Shown here: positions 42,485 to 52,068 of the stretch, in pieces
Position numbering within the stretch: the stretch's first letter is position 1
Layout of the letters: every line of letters starts with the position of its first letter
NCBI GenBank assembly: GCA_039028615.1
Contig: JBCCHT010000022.1
Span: forward strand, 128,001 to 192,000
Length of the DNA: 64,000 nucleotides
Reading direction: 5' to 3'
From: Myxococcota bacterium
GTDB taxonomy: Bacteria > Myxococcota_A > Polyangia > Nannocystales > Nannocystaceae
The notes under the pieces: generated by a model
Database searches by the model: none
The model's input: the letters and a program-made list of their open reading frames with translations, nothing else
What the model was told of the DNA's origin: nothing
Made by a program: the position numbers and the translations under genes

Positions 42485-44979
42485 ACCACGGTCACCGCGT
42501 CTCCCCCTTCGGCGGGCAAGCCGGACCGATGGCGATGAACATGGGGCAATCGTGGCAGGTGCTCCCGCACCACGCGGCGCAGGGCTCCCGACCCGTGGCC
42601 GTGCTGCAGCACGACGACGTCCTGGTCGTCACCGATCGCCCGAGCGAGGAACACCTCGAGCATGGCCATCGCGTCGTCGGCCCGCTGCCCCCGAAGATCG
42701 AACTGATTTTCGAAGGTCTTGCGCACGGGCTTGGCGTCGTGACCGAAGTGACGACTCGCGGTGGAGGGCGGTCCCTTGGGCGCCTGCACGACCTTGGGCC
42801 GGGGCCGGGCCCGCCCCCGCAGAGCGGAGCGCTCGACCACCGTCTTGGCCAGCGGAAGCTGCACGGTGATGCGGTCGCCCTTGACCGCGAGCACCTCGCC
42901 CTCGGCTCCCAGGGTCTCCACGAACACGCGGTCGCCCACTTTGATCTCGTCGGGCGCCTGGCCCGGCGTGGGCTCCGAGGGCACGCGCCCCTTGTGCACC
43001 CCGCCGCGTGCTTGCTTGGCAAAGCTGCGGGCCTCGGCTTCGCTCGGCGCCACCTGGCCGTCGCGAGCGGACTGCAGCGGGGCCTGGCGCAGGCGTTTCT
43101 TACGGCGCCGAATCTCGTCCTCGAGCGCCCGGAGCTCGCGGGCCGCCGCATCGTGGGCCTTGGCGCGACGCTTCTGCGCTTGCTCGACCTCGCCGCGCTC
43201 GCGGGCCTCGAGCCGAGCCTCGGCCGCCTTGACCGCGGACCGCTCGGACTCCAGCGCCTCCCGCAGCTCGGCCATGGCCACTCGCTCCGCCTCGAGCGCC
43301 TGCAGCAGCACGTCCACCCGCAGGCGCTCGTCGCTGAGCATCGCCTCGGCGTCTTCCAGGACCGCCTCGTCCACGCCCAAGCGTCGGGCCACGGCGATGG
43401 CCGAGGAGCTGCCCGGCACGCCCATGTTCAGCTCGAAGGTCGGCCGCAGCTGCGCCAAGTCGAAGCCCACCGCCGCGTTGGCGAAGGCCCCGCTCGGACC
43501 ATGGGTAGCCAACAGCTTGAGCCGCTCGTAGTGGGTGGTCGCCACCACCGTCGCGCCCCGCCCCACCAACCGTCGCAGGATCGCCTCGGCCAGCGCCGCG
43601 CCCTGCTCGGGATCGGTGCCCACCGCGACCTCGTCGAGCAGCACCAGGGTCCCCGCCGCGTCCTCGGTCGCATGGTCGAGCGCCTCGATGACGTGCTTGA
43701 TGTGCGCGCTGAAGGTGCTGAGGTTGGCCGAGATCGACTGGTCGTCGCCCACGTCGGTGATCACGTGGCGATACAGCGGCACCGTGGCAGGCTCGACCGT
43801 GGGCAGGCGCAGCCCCGCCTGACTCATCAGGACGCACAGCCCCAGGGTCTTGAGCGCGACCGTCTTGCCGCCCGCGTTCGGACCGCTGATGACCAAGCCC
43901 CCGCCCAGGCGCACGCGCAGATCGTTGGGCACCACCTCGGCGCCCGACAGCACCATCAAGGGATGACGGGCGGCGGGCAGGTCGAGCGATGCGTCGGGCT
44001 CATCGGGATCGACGACGGCGGGAGGCTGGCCGCCCACCGCCTCGCCGAGCAGCAGCCGAGCACGGATGTGATCGAGCCGAGCCAGCGCGACGAGGCCTTC
44101 TCGCAGCGCGTCGGCCAGGGCTCCGACCCGCGCCGAAAGCTCGGCCAGGACGCGCCGCTCCTCGGCCCGCGCGCCCATCTGGGCCTCGCGCAGGCGGTTG
44201 TTGTCGTCGACCAGGCGGGTCGGCTCGACGAACAAGGTGTGCCCCGTCGTGCTCGCCCCGTGGATGATCCCCGAGACCGTGCCCGGCGTGCCCACCCGCG
44301 AAAAACCACTGCTGCGCACGGGCAACACCACTCGACCTTCGCGCTCGGTCCAGTAGCGGTCGGCCAGCGCGTCGGACAGCTCCGAGCTCTTGGCCATGCG
44401 CTCGGCCCCTCGCACCAGGGCCTGCCGCGCGCTGCGAACCTGACTGCGAGCCTTGGCCAGCGCAGGGCTGGCATTGTCGGCCACCGTGGGTTCGCCCTGA
44501 GGCCCCTCGAGGGCGATCGCCTTGGTCAGCGCCGCGGCCAGCTCGGGCTGGGCCACCAACCCGGGCAACGCCTCGACCAGCGCTTCGTGCCCGGAGCGCA
44601 TGCGGTCGCTGGCCTGGGCCCACACCGCCTCGTCCACGGGTCGCACCAGGGGCGCCAGGCGTCCGAGCGCATCGGCCAGCTCGCCCACCGCCCACAGCTC
44701 GGCCGGCTCCAGCGAGACACCGCGAGCGGCCCGGGCCAAGGGCTCGTCCAGATCTTCCACTCGCTCGAGCTGCCCACCGACTCCGAGCTCGCCGTACCAC
44801 TGCACGGCCGCCTCGAGTCCGTCTTGCTCCGCGAGCAATCGCCGAACGGCGTCGGGCTCATGATGCCGCTCCCAGGGTTGCGCACTGCGATCGAGATTGC
44901 GCGCGAGCGGGCTGGCCAATGCGGCATCAAGCCGTTCGCACAGCCGATGCCACTCCAAATGCTGAAAACAGGAGCTCAT
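42469..44979 (-). CDS. mutS2: MutS2 family ATPase with Smr domain
   Basis: 'ISGPNAGGKT', 'NLSTFSAH', 'LDEVAVGTDP', 'TTHY', 'GVPGSS', KOW-like region, Smr 'DLRG...HGHGSGALR'. Confidence 0.94.
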   Translation of the reverse strand: MSSCFQHLEWHRLCERLDAALASPLARNLDRSAQPWERHHEPDAVRRLLAEQDGLEAAVQWYGELGVGGQLERVEDLDEPLARAARGVSLEPAELWAVGELADALGRLAPLVRPVDEAVWAQASDRMRSGHEALVEALPGLVAQPELAAALTKAIALEGPQGEPTVADNASPALAKARSQVRSARQALVRGAERMAKSSELSDALADRYWTEREGRVVLPVRSSGFSRVGTPGTVSGIIHGASTTGHTLFVEPTRLVDDNNRLREAQMGARAEERRVLAELSARVGALADALREGLVALARLDHIRARLLLGEAVGGQPPAVVDPDEPDASLDLPAARHPLMVLSGAEVVPNDLRVRLGGGLVISGPNAGGKTVALKTLGLCVLMSQAGLRLPTVEPATVPLYRHVITDVGDDQSISANLSTFSAHIKHVIEALDHATEDAAGTLVLLDEVAVGTDPEQGAALAEAILRRLVGRGATVVATTHYERLKLLATHGPSGAFANAAVGFDLAQLRPTFELNMGVPGSSSAIAVARRLGVDEAVLEDAEAMLSDERLRVDVLLQALEAERVAMAELREALESERSAVKAAEARLEARERGEVEQAQKRRAKAHDAAARELRALEDEIRRRKKRLRQAPLQSARDGQVAPSEAEARSFAKQARGGVHKGRVPSEPTPGQAPDEIKVGDRVFVETLGAEGEVLAVKGDRITVQLPLAKTVVERSALRGRARPRPKVVQAPKGPPSTASRHFGHDAKPVRKTFENQFDLRGQRADDAMAMLEVFLARAIGDDQDVVVLQHGHGSGALRRVVREHLPRLPHVHRHRSGLPAEGGDAVTVVWIKG

Positions 44980-45196
44980 CTCGTCGTCCTCGAGCGCGTG
45001 GACCTTACACGAAAGTCAGCCGTGAAGACTGCATCACGGATCGCCGCCTGCCGCATTCGGAAGGCCCGCTGCCGGCCAAAATCCCCTCCTGGGTCCCTGC
45101 GGATGGCCCTAGATGGAACGGCGTACCGGGCATAAGATGCCGCAACCTGGCCCTAGTCCGCGCGCGACGACGGCCGCTCACACCTGGGAGGCATCG

Positions 45197-46624
45197 GTGA
45201 CCGCCACTCGCTCTCGTCCACGCTCGCTCCGCTCCTTCAGTGTCCCCACCCTCTTGGCCGTGCCGCTCGCGATGCTGGCCACGACCTTGCTCCCGACTCT
45301 CGCCTGGGCCTCGGGCGGAGGCGAGGGTCACTCGGCTGCGATTCCGCCCCTGTGGACCACCTCGTTCTTCGTGGTGATGCTGCTGTCCATCGCCATCTTG
45401 CCGCTCACTCCGCTCGAGCACTGGTGGCACAAAAACGGCAACAAGCTGCTCGTGGGCGTGGTGCTGGCCGCATACCCGCTGCTGCAGGTCACCGTCATCC
45501 AGCCCAACATGCACGCCCTGCTCGAGACGGTGCACGAGTACGTCTCGTTCATCGTCCTTCTGGGCACGCTGTTTTATGTCAGCGGCGGCATCTTCTTGTC
45601 GGGTGACCTCAAGGCGACCCCGGGCACCAACCTCAAGTTCCTCGCCTTCGGTACCGCCATCGCCTCGGTGGTCGGCACGACGGGCGCGTCGATGTTGCTC
45701 ATCCGCCCGGTGCTCCGCACCAACCACGAGCGCAAGTTCAAGGTCCACGTCGTCGTGTTCTTCATCTTCCTGGTGTCGAACATCGGCGGCTCGCTGCTGC
45801 CCATCGGTGACCCGCCCCTGTTCCTCGGCTACCTCCGCGGCGTGCCCTTCTTTTGGACCCTGGGCCTGTGGAAGTTCATGCTGCTGGTCTCCGGGGTGCT
45901 GCTGACGATCTTCTACTTCATCGATCGGCACTACTACTCCAAGGAGGCCAAGAGCGACAAAACCTACGACGCCGCCAGCGTCGAGCCGCTGTCGATCAAG
46001 GGCAAGATCAACCTGGTGTGGCTGCTGGGCATCGTGGCCTGCGTGGCCTTCATCGGTCCCGAGTACGGGCTGGCGCGCGAGGGCGCGATGATCGCCTGCT
46101 GTGCGGCCTCGCACTTCACCACCCCCGAGGGACTCCGCGAGAAGAACTCCTTCACCTGGTTCCCCATCCTGGAGGTTGCCGCGCTGTTCATCGGCATCTT
46201 CCTGACCATGATCCCCGCCCTCGAGATCCTCAAGTCCCAGGGCGGCTCGCTCGGCGTCGACACCCCGGCTCGGTTCTTCTGGTTCACCGGTATCCTGTCG
46301 AGCTTCCTCGATAACGCCCCGACCTACCTCGTGTTCTTCAGTACGGCGCAGGGCATGGTGGAAGAGGGCGCGACCGCCTTCCAAGGCCTCGAGATGGTGG
46401 ACAGCGTCGGCATCCCCGTCATCATCTTGCAGGCCATCTCGGTCGGCGCGGTGTTCATGGGCGCGAACACCTATATCGGCAACGGGCCGAACTTCATGGT
46501 CAAGGCCATCGCCGAGGAGCAGAAGGTCGAGATGCCCGGCTTCTTCGGCTACATGAAGTGGTCGGTCGGGTTCCTGATCCCGTGCTTCGTCGCGGTGACG
46601 GTCGTGTTCTTCCTGACCCAGTGA
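45197..46624 (+). CDS. Putative Na+/H+ antiporter (IT superfamily)
   Basis: 'GTTGASMLLIRP', 'SNIGGSLLPIGDPPLFLG', 'SSFLDNAPTY', 'TYIGNGPNFMV'. Confidence 0.85.
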   Translation: MTATRSRPRSLRSFSVPTLLAVPLAMLATTLLPTLAWASGGGEGHSAAIPPLWTTSFFVVMLLSIAILPLTPLEHWWHKNGNKLLVGVVLAAYPLLQVTVIQPNMHALLETVHEYVSFIVLLGTLFYVSGGIFLSGDLKATPGTNLKFLAFGTAIASVVGTTGASMLLIRPVLRTNHERKFKVHVVVFFIFLVSNIGGSLLPIGDPPLFLGYLRGVPFFWTLGLWKFMLLVSGVLLTIFYFIDRHYYSKEAKSDKTYDAASVEPLSIKGKINLVWLLGIVACVAFIGPEYGLAREGAMIACCAASHFTTPEGLREKNSFTWFPILEVAALFIGIFLTMIPALEILKSQGGSLGVDTPARFFWFTGILSSFLDNAPTYLVFFSTAQGMVEEGATAFQGLEMVDSVGIPVIILQAISVGAVFMGANTYIGNGPNFMVKAIAEEQKVEMPGFFGYMKWSVGFLIPCFVAVTVVFFLTQ

Positions 46625-46642
46625 ACGAAGCGAGCGTGCGGC

Positions 46643-46675
46643 AAAAAGGCGCGTCCCTCGGGGCGCGCCTTTTTT
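46643..46675. terminator. Bidirectional intrinsic terminator
   Basis: aaaaaggcgcgtcc-ctcg-gggcgcgccttttt between convergent genes. Confidence 0.88.
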
Positions 46676-46681
46676 GTCGTC

Positions 46682-47347
46682 TCAGTCCGACTCGAGCCGG
46701 GCCTCGATGAACGCGGTGGGATCGTAAAACCGCGAGACCTTGCAGAAGCGGGGGCCGACGTAGCCGCACACGTGACCGTCGTACTCGCCGCGGCGGATCC
46801 CGAGGTGGATGTGCTCGGGGCCGTGGCCGTTCTCGTCGTCGTCGCCGATGTAGCCGAGCAGCTCGCCCTTGCGCACGACGTCGCCGACGTCGACCGGGAT
46901 CCGGTGCCCCGAGTGATTGCACAGGTGACCGTAGATGGACACGACGTACTCGCCGCTGGGCAGCTGGTGCTCGACCGCGACGACCGAGCCATAGCCCTCG
47001 AGTCCCCCGCGCCGAGCCTGGCGCACGATGCCGTGGCCGATGGCGAAGACCGGGGTGAGGTGCTCGTGTTTGCTGTCGTCGCCGACGTGGTTGTTCGGCA
47101 CGAGGAACCGCCGCCCGTGGGCGGATCCGGCCTCGTAGCCCTCGGTCGGGAACTGGAACGACGTGGCGACTTCGGGCTGCGGCGGCGCGGCCTCGGGTCG
47201 CGGCGGCGGGGACGGTTCGTCGATCTCGGGCCTCGCTACGGCGGGCGCCGCCGCGGGCGGCTCGCTCGGTGGGGGCTGCCCGCCCGCAGGAGCACACGCG
47301 ACGCAGAGCGTCAGATCCCACAGCAGTGCGCGGCGAAGCAACGACAT
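46682..47347 (-). CDS. M23-family peptidase, probable lipoprotein
   Basis: 'HVGDD' (HxxxD), 'YGHL', 'VGDVVRKGELLG', 'HIHLG' (HxH). Confidence 0.85.
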   Translation of the reverse strand: MSLLRRALLWDLTLCVACAPAGGQPPPSEPPAAAPAVARPEIDEPSPPPRPEAAPPQPEVATSFQFPTEGYEAGSAHGRRFLVPNNHVGDDSKHEHLTPVFAIGHGIVRQARRGGLEGYGSVVAVEHQLPSGEYVVSIYGHLCNHSGHRIPVDVGDVVRKGELLGYIGDDDENGHGPEHIHLGIRRGEYDGHVCGYVGPRFCKVSRFYDPTAFIEARLESD

Positions 47348-47792
47348 CGAGTTCCTCTTCGACCCCCGCGATTTCAATACGCAACAACCAGGGCTCGCGC
47401 CAGCTGACATCGTTCAGCGGCCTCGAAACGAAGTGTTTGCCGCAGTTGCTTCGCCGTCGTCACGTTGGCTCCAGCACTCGAGACAGGCCCGACGACCGCC
47501 CGGCGCGAAAACATCGTGAACCAGCGGCCCGTTCACGAACACCGTCCAGCTCTCCGTGCGCTTCCCCCCGCACTACGAGGCGTTTCGGGCCCTCCACGTC
47601 GCATACGAGTGCCGTGCCCTGCCCGCTATTGTTCAATGATCCCGTCGCGTTCACCCCGAACCAAAACGATCGGTGACCGGACTCGCAACGAACGCTCGCG
47701 CGCATGTTCACACACCGCCGGGGGGTGCAGGGCTTGTTCCGCTCGGACAACCTGTGTCAGAAGCCGCAGACAGGCAAAGGGGCGGAAGAACG

Positions 47793-48704
47793 ATGGATTC
47801 GAAGACTTGGCTCATTGGTGTGGACCTTCGACAAAATGCCGAGGGGGCCCTGGCCTTTGCTGCGTGGTTGGCCAGCGTCAGTCGAGAGGACACCTTCATT
47901 CCGGCGCACGTGCTCGTGGCCGAGCACCTGCAAGCGGTGCTGCAGCGACATCACCTGGCCGAGGTCCAAGACGCGGCCAAGGTCGCGATGAAGGCTCAGA
48001 TCGAAAAGCACGACACCGACGGTCACTTCGCCGATCCGATCCTCATCGAAGGCGGCACCGCCGAGGGCCGGCTCGAGATCGTTCGCGAGGAGCGAAGCGC
48101 CAACGTCCTCGTGGTCAATCGTTTCGCCACCGAGTCGCGCCGACGCTTGCGTCGCCTCGGCCGCGTCGCTCGTCGCTCGCTTCGGGCCCTGCGCTCGCCC
48201 GTCATCACCTGCCCTCCCGGACTCACCGTGGATCGCGTGGGCAAGGGACCGGTGGTCGTCAGCACCAACCTCACCGAGGAGTGCGGTCAGGCCCTCAAGT
48301 TCGGGGCCGACCTCGCCAAGCGAACCGGCCGCAAGCTGGTGGTCGCCACCGTGCGACGGCTCCCCGACCAGCAGGCGCCCGCGTACCTGGGCGACCAGAC
48401 CGCCAGCAAGGTGGCCGAGGCCCGCAAGGAAGAGGCCGGCGTCGCCCTCACCAAGTGGATCGAGGACCACGGCGTCACCGTCGATGATCAGGCGGTGCTG
48501 CTCGGCGAGGTGGTGACCAACATTACCGACTACGCCGCAGAGCAAGACGCCTGCGTCATCGTGGCCGGCTCGCGGCTGCTGTCGAAGATCGAGCGCATGT
48601 TCCTGACCTCGGTGGGCCGGGGCCTGTCGGCCGTCAGCACCACCCCGGTCGCCATCGTGCCGCCCAAGGACGCCGAGGCCCAGGTCACCAAGGCCGCCAG
48701 CTAG
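47793..48704 (+). CDS. Universal stress protein with tandem USP domains
   Basis: 'LIGVDL...ALAFAA', second domain 'VVVSTNL...IVAGSR...SVGRGL...PVAIVPP'. Confidence 0.85.
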   Translation: MDSKTWLIGVDLRQNAEGALAFAAWLASVSREDTFIPAHVLVAEHLQAVLQRHHLAEVQDAAKVAMKAQIEKHDTDGHFADPILIEGGTAEGRLEIVREERSANVLVVNRFATESRRRLRRLGRVARRSLRALRSPVITCPPGLTVDRVGKGPVVVSTNLTEECGQALKFGADLAKRTGRKLVVATVRRLPDQQAPAYLGDQTASKVAEARKEEAGVALTKWIEDHGVTVDDQAVLLGEVVTNITDYAAEQDACVIVAGSRLLSKIERMFLTSVGRGLSAVSTTPVAIVPPKDAEAQVTKAAS

Positions 48705-48744
48705 GCGGACCTCGAACGCCAGGGTCGGCGGGCAACAGGCTCGC

Positions 48745-51700
48745 TCAGCCGCCCTTGCGGACCTTGGCGTGGGCGTTCCACCAGCCCTTCTTCGCCAGCT
48801 TGCTGCGCGGGTTCACCTTCTTGGCGTCCGCATACGTCGCCTTGGACTCCGCGTAGCGGCCGAGGTCGTACAAGGCCTCGCCGCGGAGCAACAACCCGCG
48901 CAGGTCCTCGGATTCCATCGCGAGGATTTCGTCGGCGATGGCCAGCGCCCGCTCGGCGTTGCCCGACCGCGCCCATACCTTGCCTTCGTGCCGCAGCGCC
49001 TCGAGCAGCCCTTCGCGGGCCTCGGCGTTGTCCGGCCACACGGAGGACAGGTCGCGGTAGGCCGCGCTCGCGTCGCTCCAGACCTTGCGGCGAAGCCCTC
49101 GCTCGCCCTTGGGTAGCAGCTGGTCGGCGGCCGCCCGTCGGAAGCGGGTCAGCGCCTCGTGCCCGGGGTCGATCAACGCCAGGTTCGCCAGCGCGAGGGC
49201 GAGGCTCTTCTCCGGCGGATCCCGCCAGTGCGACGCCGCCAGTGCGGCCTCGGCCTGCGCCACGAGCTCTTCGGCGGTCACCGGTCCAGCCGGGCGGGCG
49301 GGCGGAACGACCTCGGGGCCCTGAATCTGCTCTTCGCCCCCGCTCTCGTCGTCGCTCAGGATGAGCTCGTCACCAGTATCGCCGGAGTCCTCGGGGAGCA
49401 CGACGAGGTCGGAGCCCGTGTCCGCGTCGACCACCGCGGCCTCGACGGGCGCGGGCTCGGGCGCAGGAACGGTGGTGGGCGGCGTGGGGGTCGGTGCCGC
49501 TTCGACGCCGCGCTCCTCGGGCCGGTCCTCGCGCGGAGGATCGCCGTTGAGCAGGCGCCCGAAGATGTCCGGGCTCAAGGCCAGCAGCACCGCCGAGGCG
49601 AGCAGGCCCCCGAGCAACACGAACGCGAGCGCCTTGACGCCGCCCGCCATGCCGCCGCGGGTCTGCCCGGTGGTGGTCGCGACCACGGGGGTGGGCGCAA
49701 AGGAGGTGGACGGCAAGGCGGCGGAGAACGACGGGCCCGAGGGGCCCCGCGGCGCGGGAGCGACCAGCGTGCGCTCTTGCTTGGGTCGCGCGGCCACCTG
49801 GGTCATCTCGCGGCGCTTGTAGGGCTGCGTCTGCATGTCCAGCGACGCGATCGCAGCGCGATGGAAGCTGGCCGAGGCGGCGGGCGAGGGATCGTCGGCC
49901 GAGGGCTTCGGGCCGCTGTCCCCTTCCATGTTGAGCCCGAGCACGGCCGCCACCGCGGTGGCTCGCCCGTCCACCGCACGAGTGAGCTCGTACTCCAGCG
50001 CCCGCATGGTGGGCGGTCGATCTTGAGGCGACCGCATCAGGCACCGGGCGAGCACCGAGGCCAACGCATCGGGCACCTCGGGCCGATACTCGGTGACCCG
50101 GTCGGCCTCGCGCGCGCCCTTTTGCATGAGCACGTCGATGGCGTTGCGCCCCTCGAAGGGCAGCCGCCCCGCCAACATCTCGAACACGATGCAGCCCACC
50201 GCGTAGATGTCGGAGGACACGGTGGCCTCGAGCCCCGCGCCCTGCTCGGGCGCCATGTAGTCGGGCGAGCCCATCACCACCCCGGGCGAGGTCTGCCGCG
50301 AGTCGGCCCCGTTGGTCTTGCAGATGCCGAAGTCGAGGACCTTGACGAAGTCGGGGTCCTTGCCGCGCGAGGTCAGGATGACGTTGTCGGACTTGAGGTC
50401 GCGATGGATGATGCCGACCTCGTGGGCGGCCGCCACCGCGCGGCAGATCTGGCGAGCGATGTGCACGGCCCGGCGCACGGCCAGCGGCCCTTCGGTCCCC
50501 ACCACGTCGCCGACGTTGCGCCCCTCGAGCAGCTCCATCACGAAGTAGACGTCGTCGTCCTCGGTGGTCCCGATGTCGACGACGTCGATGATGTTGGGGT
50601 GCCCGGTCTGGGTCGCGGCCCGGGCCTCCTTCTGGAAGCGAGCGACGATGTCGGCGTCGCGGGTGTAGACCCGGTGCAGGATCTTGAGGGCGAAGGTCTT
50701 GCCGAGCGACAGGTGCTTGACGCGGAACACGGCCCCCATGCCGCCGATACCGATGATGCCTTCGATGCGATAGCGCTTGCCGACGATCTGGCCCACCCAG
50801 GCCTTGGCCGCGTCGCGAAGGTTGTCGCTGCTGGTGCCCCAGACCCGCCGCGCCTGCGACAGCTCCACGACCTCGGAGTCGCGCAGGGGCATGGTGCCGA
50901 GGGAGTCTTCGTCGGCGGCGGCCACCAGGGCCTCGCTGATGCTGATCGCGCTGCTGTGCTCGGCCGCCTGGCGCAGCGAGGAGAAGTCGCGCTGCGACAG
51001 CGCCGTGATGTCGCGCCCCTCGAGCTTGTACTCGCGCGCAAAAATCTCGCGCATGAACTCACCGACGCGGTCGGCGTCGCAGCCGGGGAAGTGCTCGCTC
51101 AGCACCTTGCTCAGCGCGGCCCGAAACTCGCCTGCGTTCTGGTAGCGCTCGCGAGCATCCTTGGCCAAGGCGCGCAGGATGACGGCATCGAGCCCCTCGG
51201 GGATGCCCGGCACCAGACCCGAGGGCGTCTTGACCTTGGGATTGCGAACCGCCGCCAGCGCCTGCTGGTGGCTCCGGCCCGCGGAAGGAAAGAGCTGGCG
51301 CCCGGTGAGCAGCTCCCACAGCACGATGCCGCAGGCGTAGATGTCGGTACGCCGATCGGCGGGCAGGCCCTTGGCTTGCTCGGGCGCGAGGTAGCTGTAG
51401 CGGCCGAACACGACGCCGGGGCTGGTCATCTCGCGCTTGATGGCGCTCTTGGCCAGGCCGAAGTCGGTGAGCTTCACTTCGCCACGGTAGCCGACCAGCA
51501 AGTTGGGCGGCGAGATGTCGCGGTGGACCAGCTCGAGCGAGAAGGCGTCATGAGCGTACTCGAGCCCACGAAGAATCTCGCGGATGACGAAGATGGCGAC
51601 CTCGACCGGGATGCGGCGGTGGAGCTTGGCGCAGCGATTCCACACCGCGCGGAGGTCCTTGCCCTCCACCAGCTCCATGGCGAGGTAGTACTCGTCGTCG

Positions 51701-52029
51701 ATTCGACCGGCGTCGAAGACCTGCACGAGGTTGGCGTGGTTGAGCCGCACCACGACCTTGGCCTCGTCGAGGAAGCGCCGATGCACGCCCTGGTCCTCCA
51801 CGCTGTGGAGCACCTTCTTGACGACGCACATCTTTTCGAAGCCGCCGGTCTCGCCAGCGGCGGTGAGGAACAACTCCCCCATGCCGCCGCGGGCCATCGG
51901 GCGCACCAAGACGTACTTGCCAAAAACCTTGGGGAATCCCCTCGATTCGGCCTCATTGCCGGTCGTCGTCCGAGCCTCCCCCTGCGAGCTTGACACGCCT
52001 CGCGCATGATAACCCGGGCTCGGGGGCAT
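48745..52029 (-). CDS. Membrane Ser/Thr kinase with two tandem kinase domains and C-terminal TPR
   Basis: KD1 'GGMGEL..HRDISPPN..DFGLA'; KD2 'GIGGMGAV..ALKIL..HRDLKSDN..DFGIC'; TM; true start may be GTG 51996. Confidence 0.93.
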   Translation of the reverse strand: MPPSPGYHARGVSSSQGEARTTTGNEAESRGFPKVFGKYVLVRPMARGGMGELFLTAAGETGGFEKMCVVKKVLHSVEDQGVHRRFLDEAKVVVRLNHANLVQVFDAGRIDDEYYLAMELVEGKDLRAVWNRCAKLHRRIPVEVAIFVIREILRGLEYAHDAFSLELVHRDISPPNLLVGYRGEVKLTDFGLAKSAIKREMTSPGVVFGRYSYLAPEQAKGLPADRRTDIYACGIVLWELLTGRQLFPSAGRSHQQALAAVRNPKVKTPSGLVPGIPEGLDAVILRALAKDARERYQNAGEFRAALSKVLSEHFPGCDADRVGEFMREIFAREYKLEGRDITALSQRDFSSLRQAAEHSSAISISEALVAAADEDSLGTMPLRDSEVVELSQARRVWGTSSDNLRDAAKAWVGQIVGKRYRIEGIIGIGGMGAVFRVKHLSLGKTFALKILHRVYTRDADIVARFQKEARAATQTGHPNIIDVVDIGTTEDDDVYFVMELLEGRNVGDVVGTEGPLAVRRAVHIARQICRAVAAAHEVGIIHRDLKSDNVILTSRGKDPDFVKVLDFGICKTNGADSRQTSPGVVMGSPDYMAPEQGAGLEATVSSDIYAVGCIVFEMLAGRLPFEGRNAIDVLMQKGAREADRVTEYRPEVPDALASVLARCLMRSPQDRPPTMRALEYELTRAVDGRATAVAAVLGLNMEGDSGPKPSADDPSPAASASFHRAAIASLDMQTQPYKRREMTQVAARPKQERTLVAPAPRGPSGPSFSAALPSTSFAPTPVVATTTGQTRGGMAGGVKALAFVLLGGLLASAVLLALSPDIFGRLLNGDPPREDRPEERGVEAAPTPTPPTTVPAPEPAPVEAAVVDADTGSDLVVLPEDSGDTGDELILSDDESGGEEQIQGPEVVPPARPAGPVTAEELVAQAEAALAASHWRDPPEKSLALALANLALIDPGHEALTRFRRAAADQLLPKGERGLRRKVWSDASAAYRDLSSVWPDNAEAREGLLEALRHEGKVWARSGNAERALAIADEILAMESEDLRGLLLRGEALYDLGRYAESKATYADAKKVNPRSKLAKKGWWNAHAKVRKGG

Positions 52030-52068
52030 AAAGCCCCATCACCGATTCCCATCCCCGGACGCCGGCGG

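Noticed and set aside
42529..45135. 868-aa ORF antisense to mutS2
   Set aside because: Codon-register mirror of a conserved gene, with no motifs.
47348..47792. Long intergenic region before the USP gene as a riboswitch or ncRNA
   Set aside because: No recognisable aptamer, terminator or clear dyad by eye; probably divergent promoters.
49159..51993. 944-aa ORF antisense to the dual kinase
   Set aside because: Antisense shadow with no motifs.
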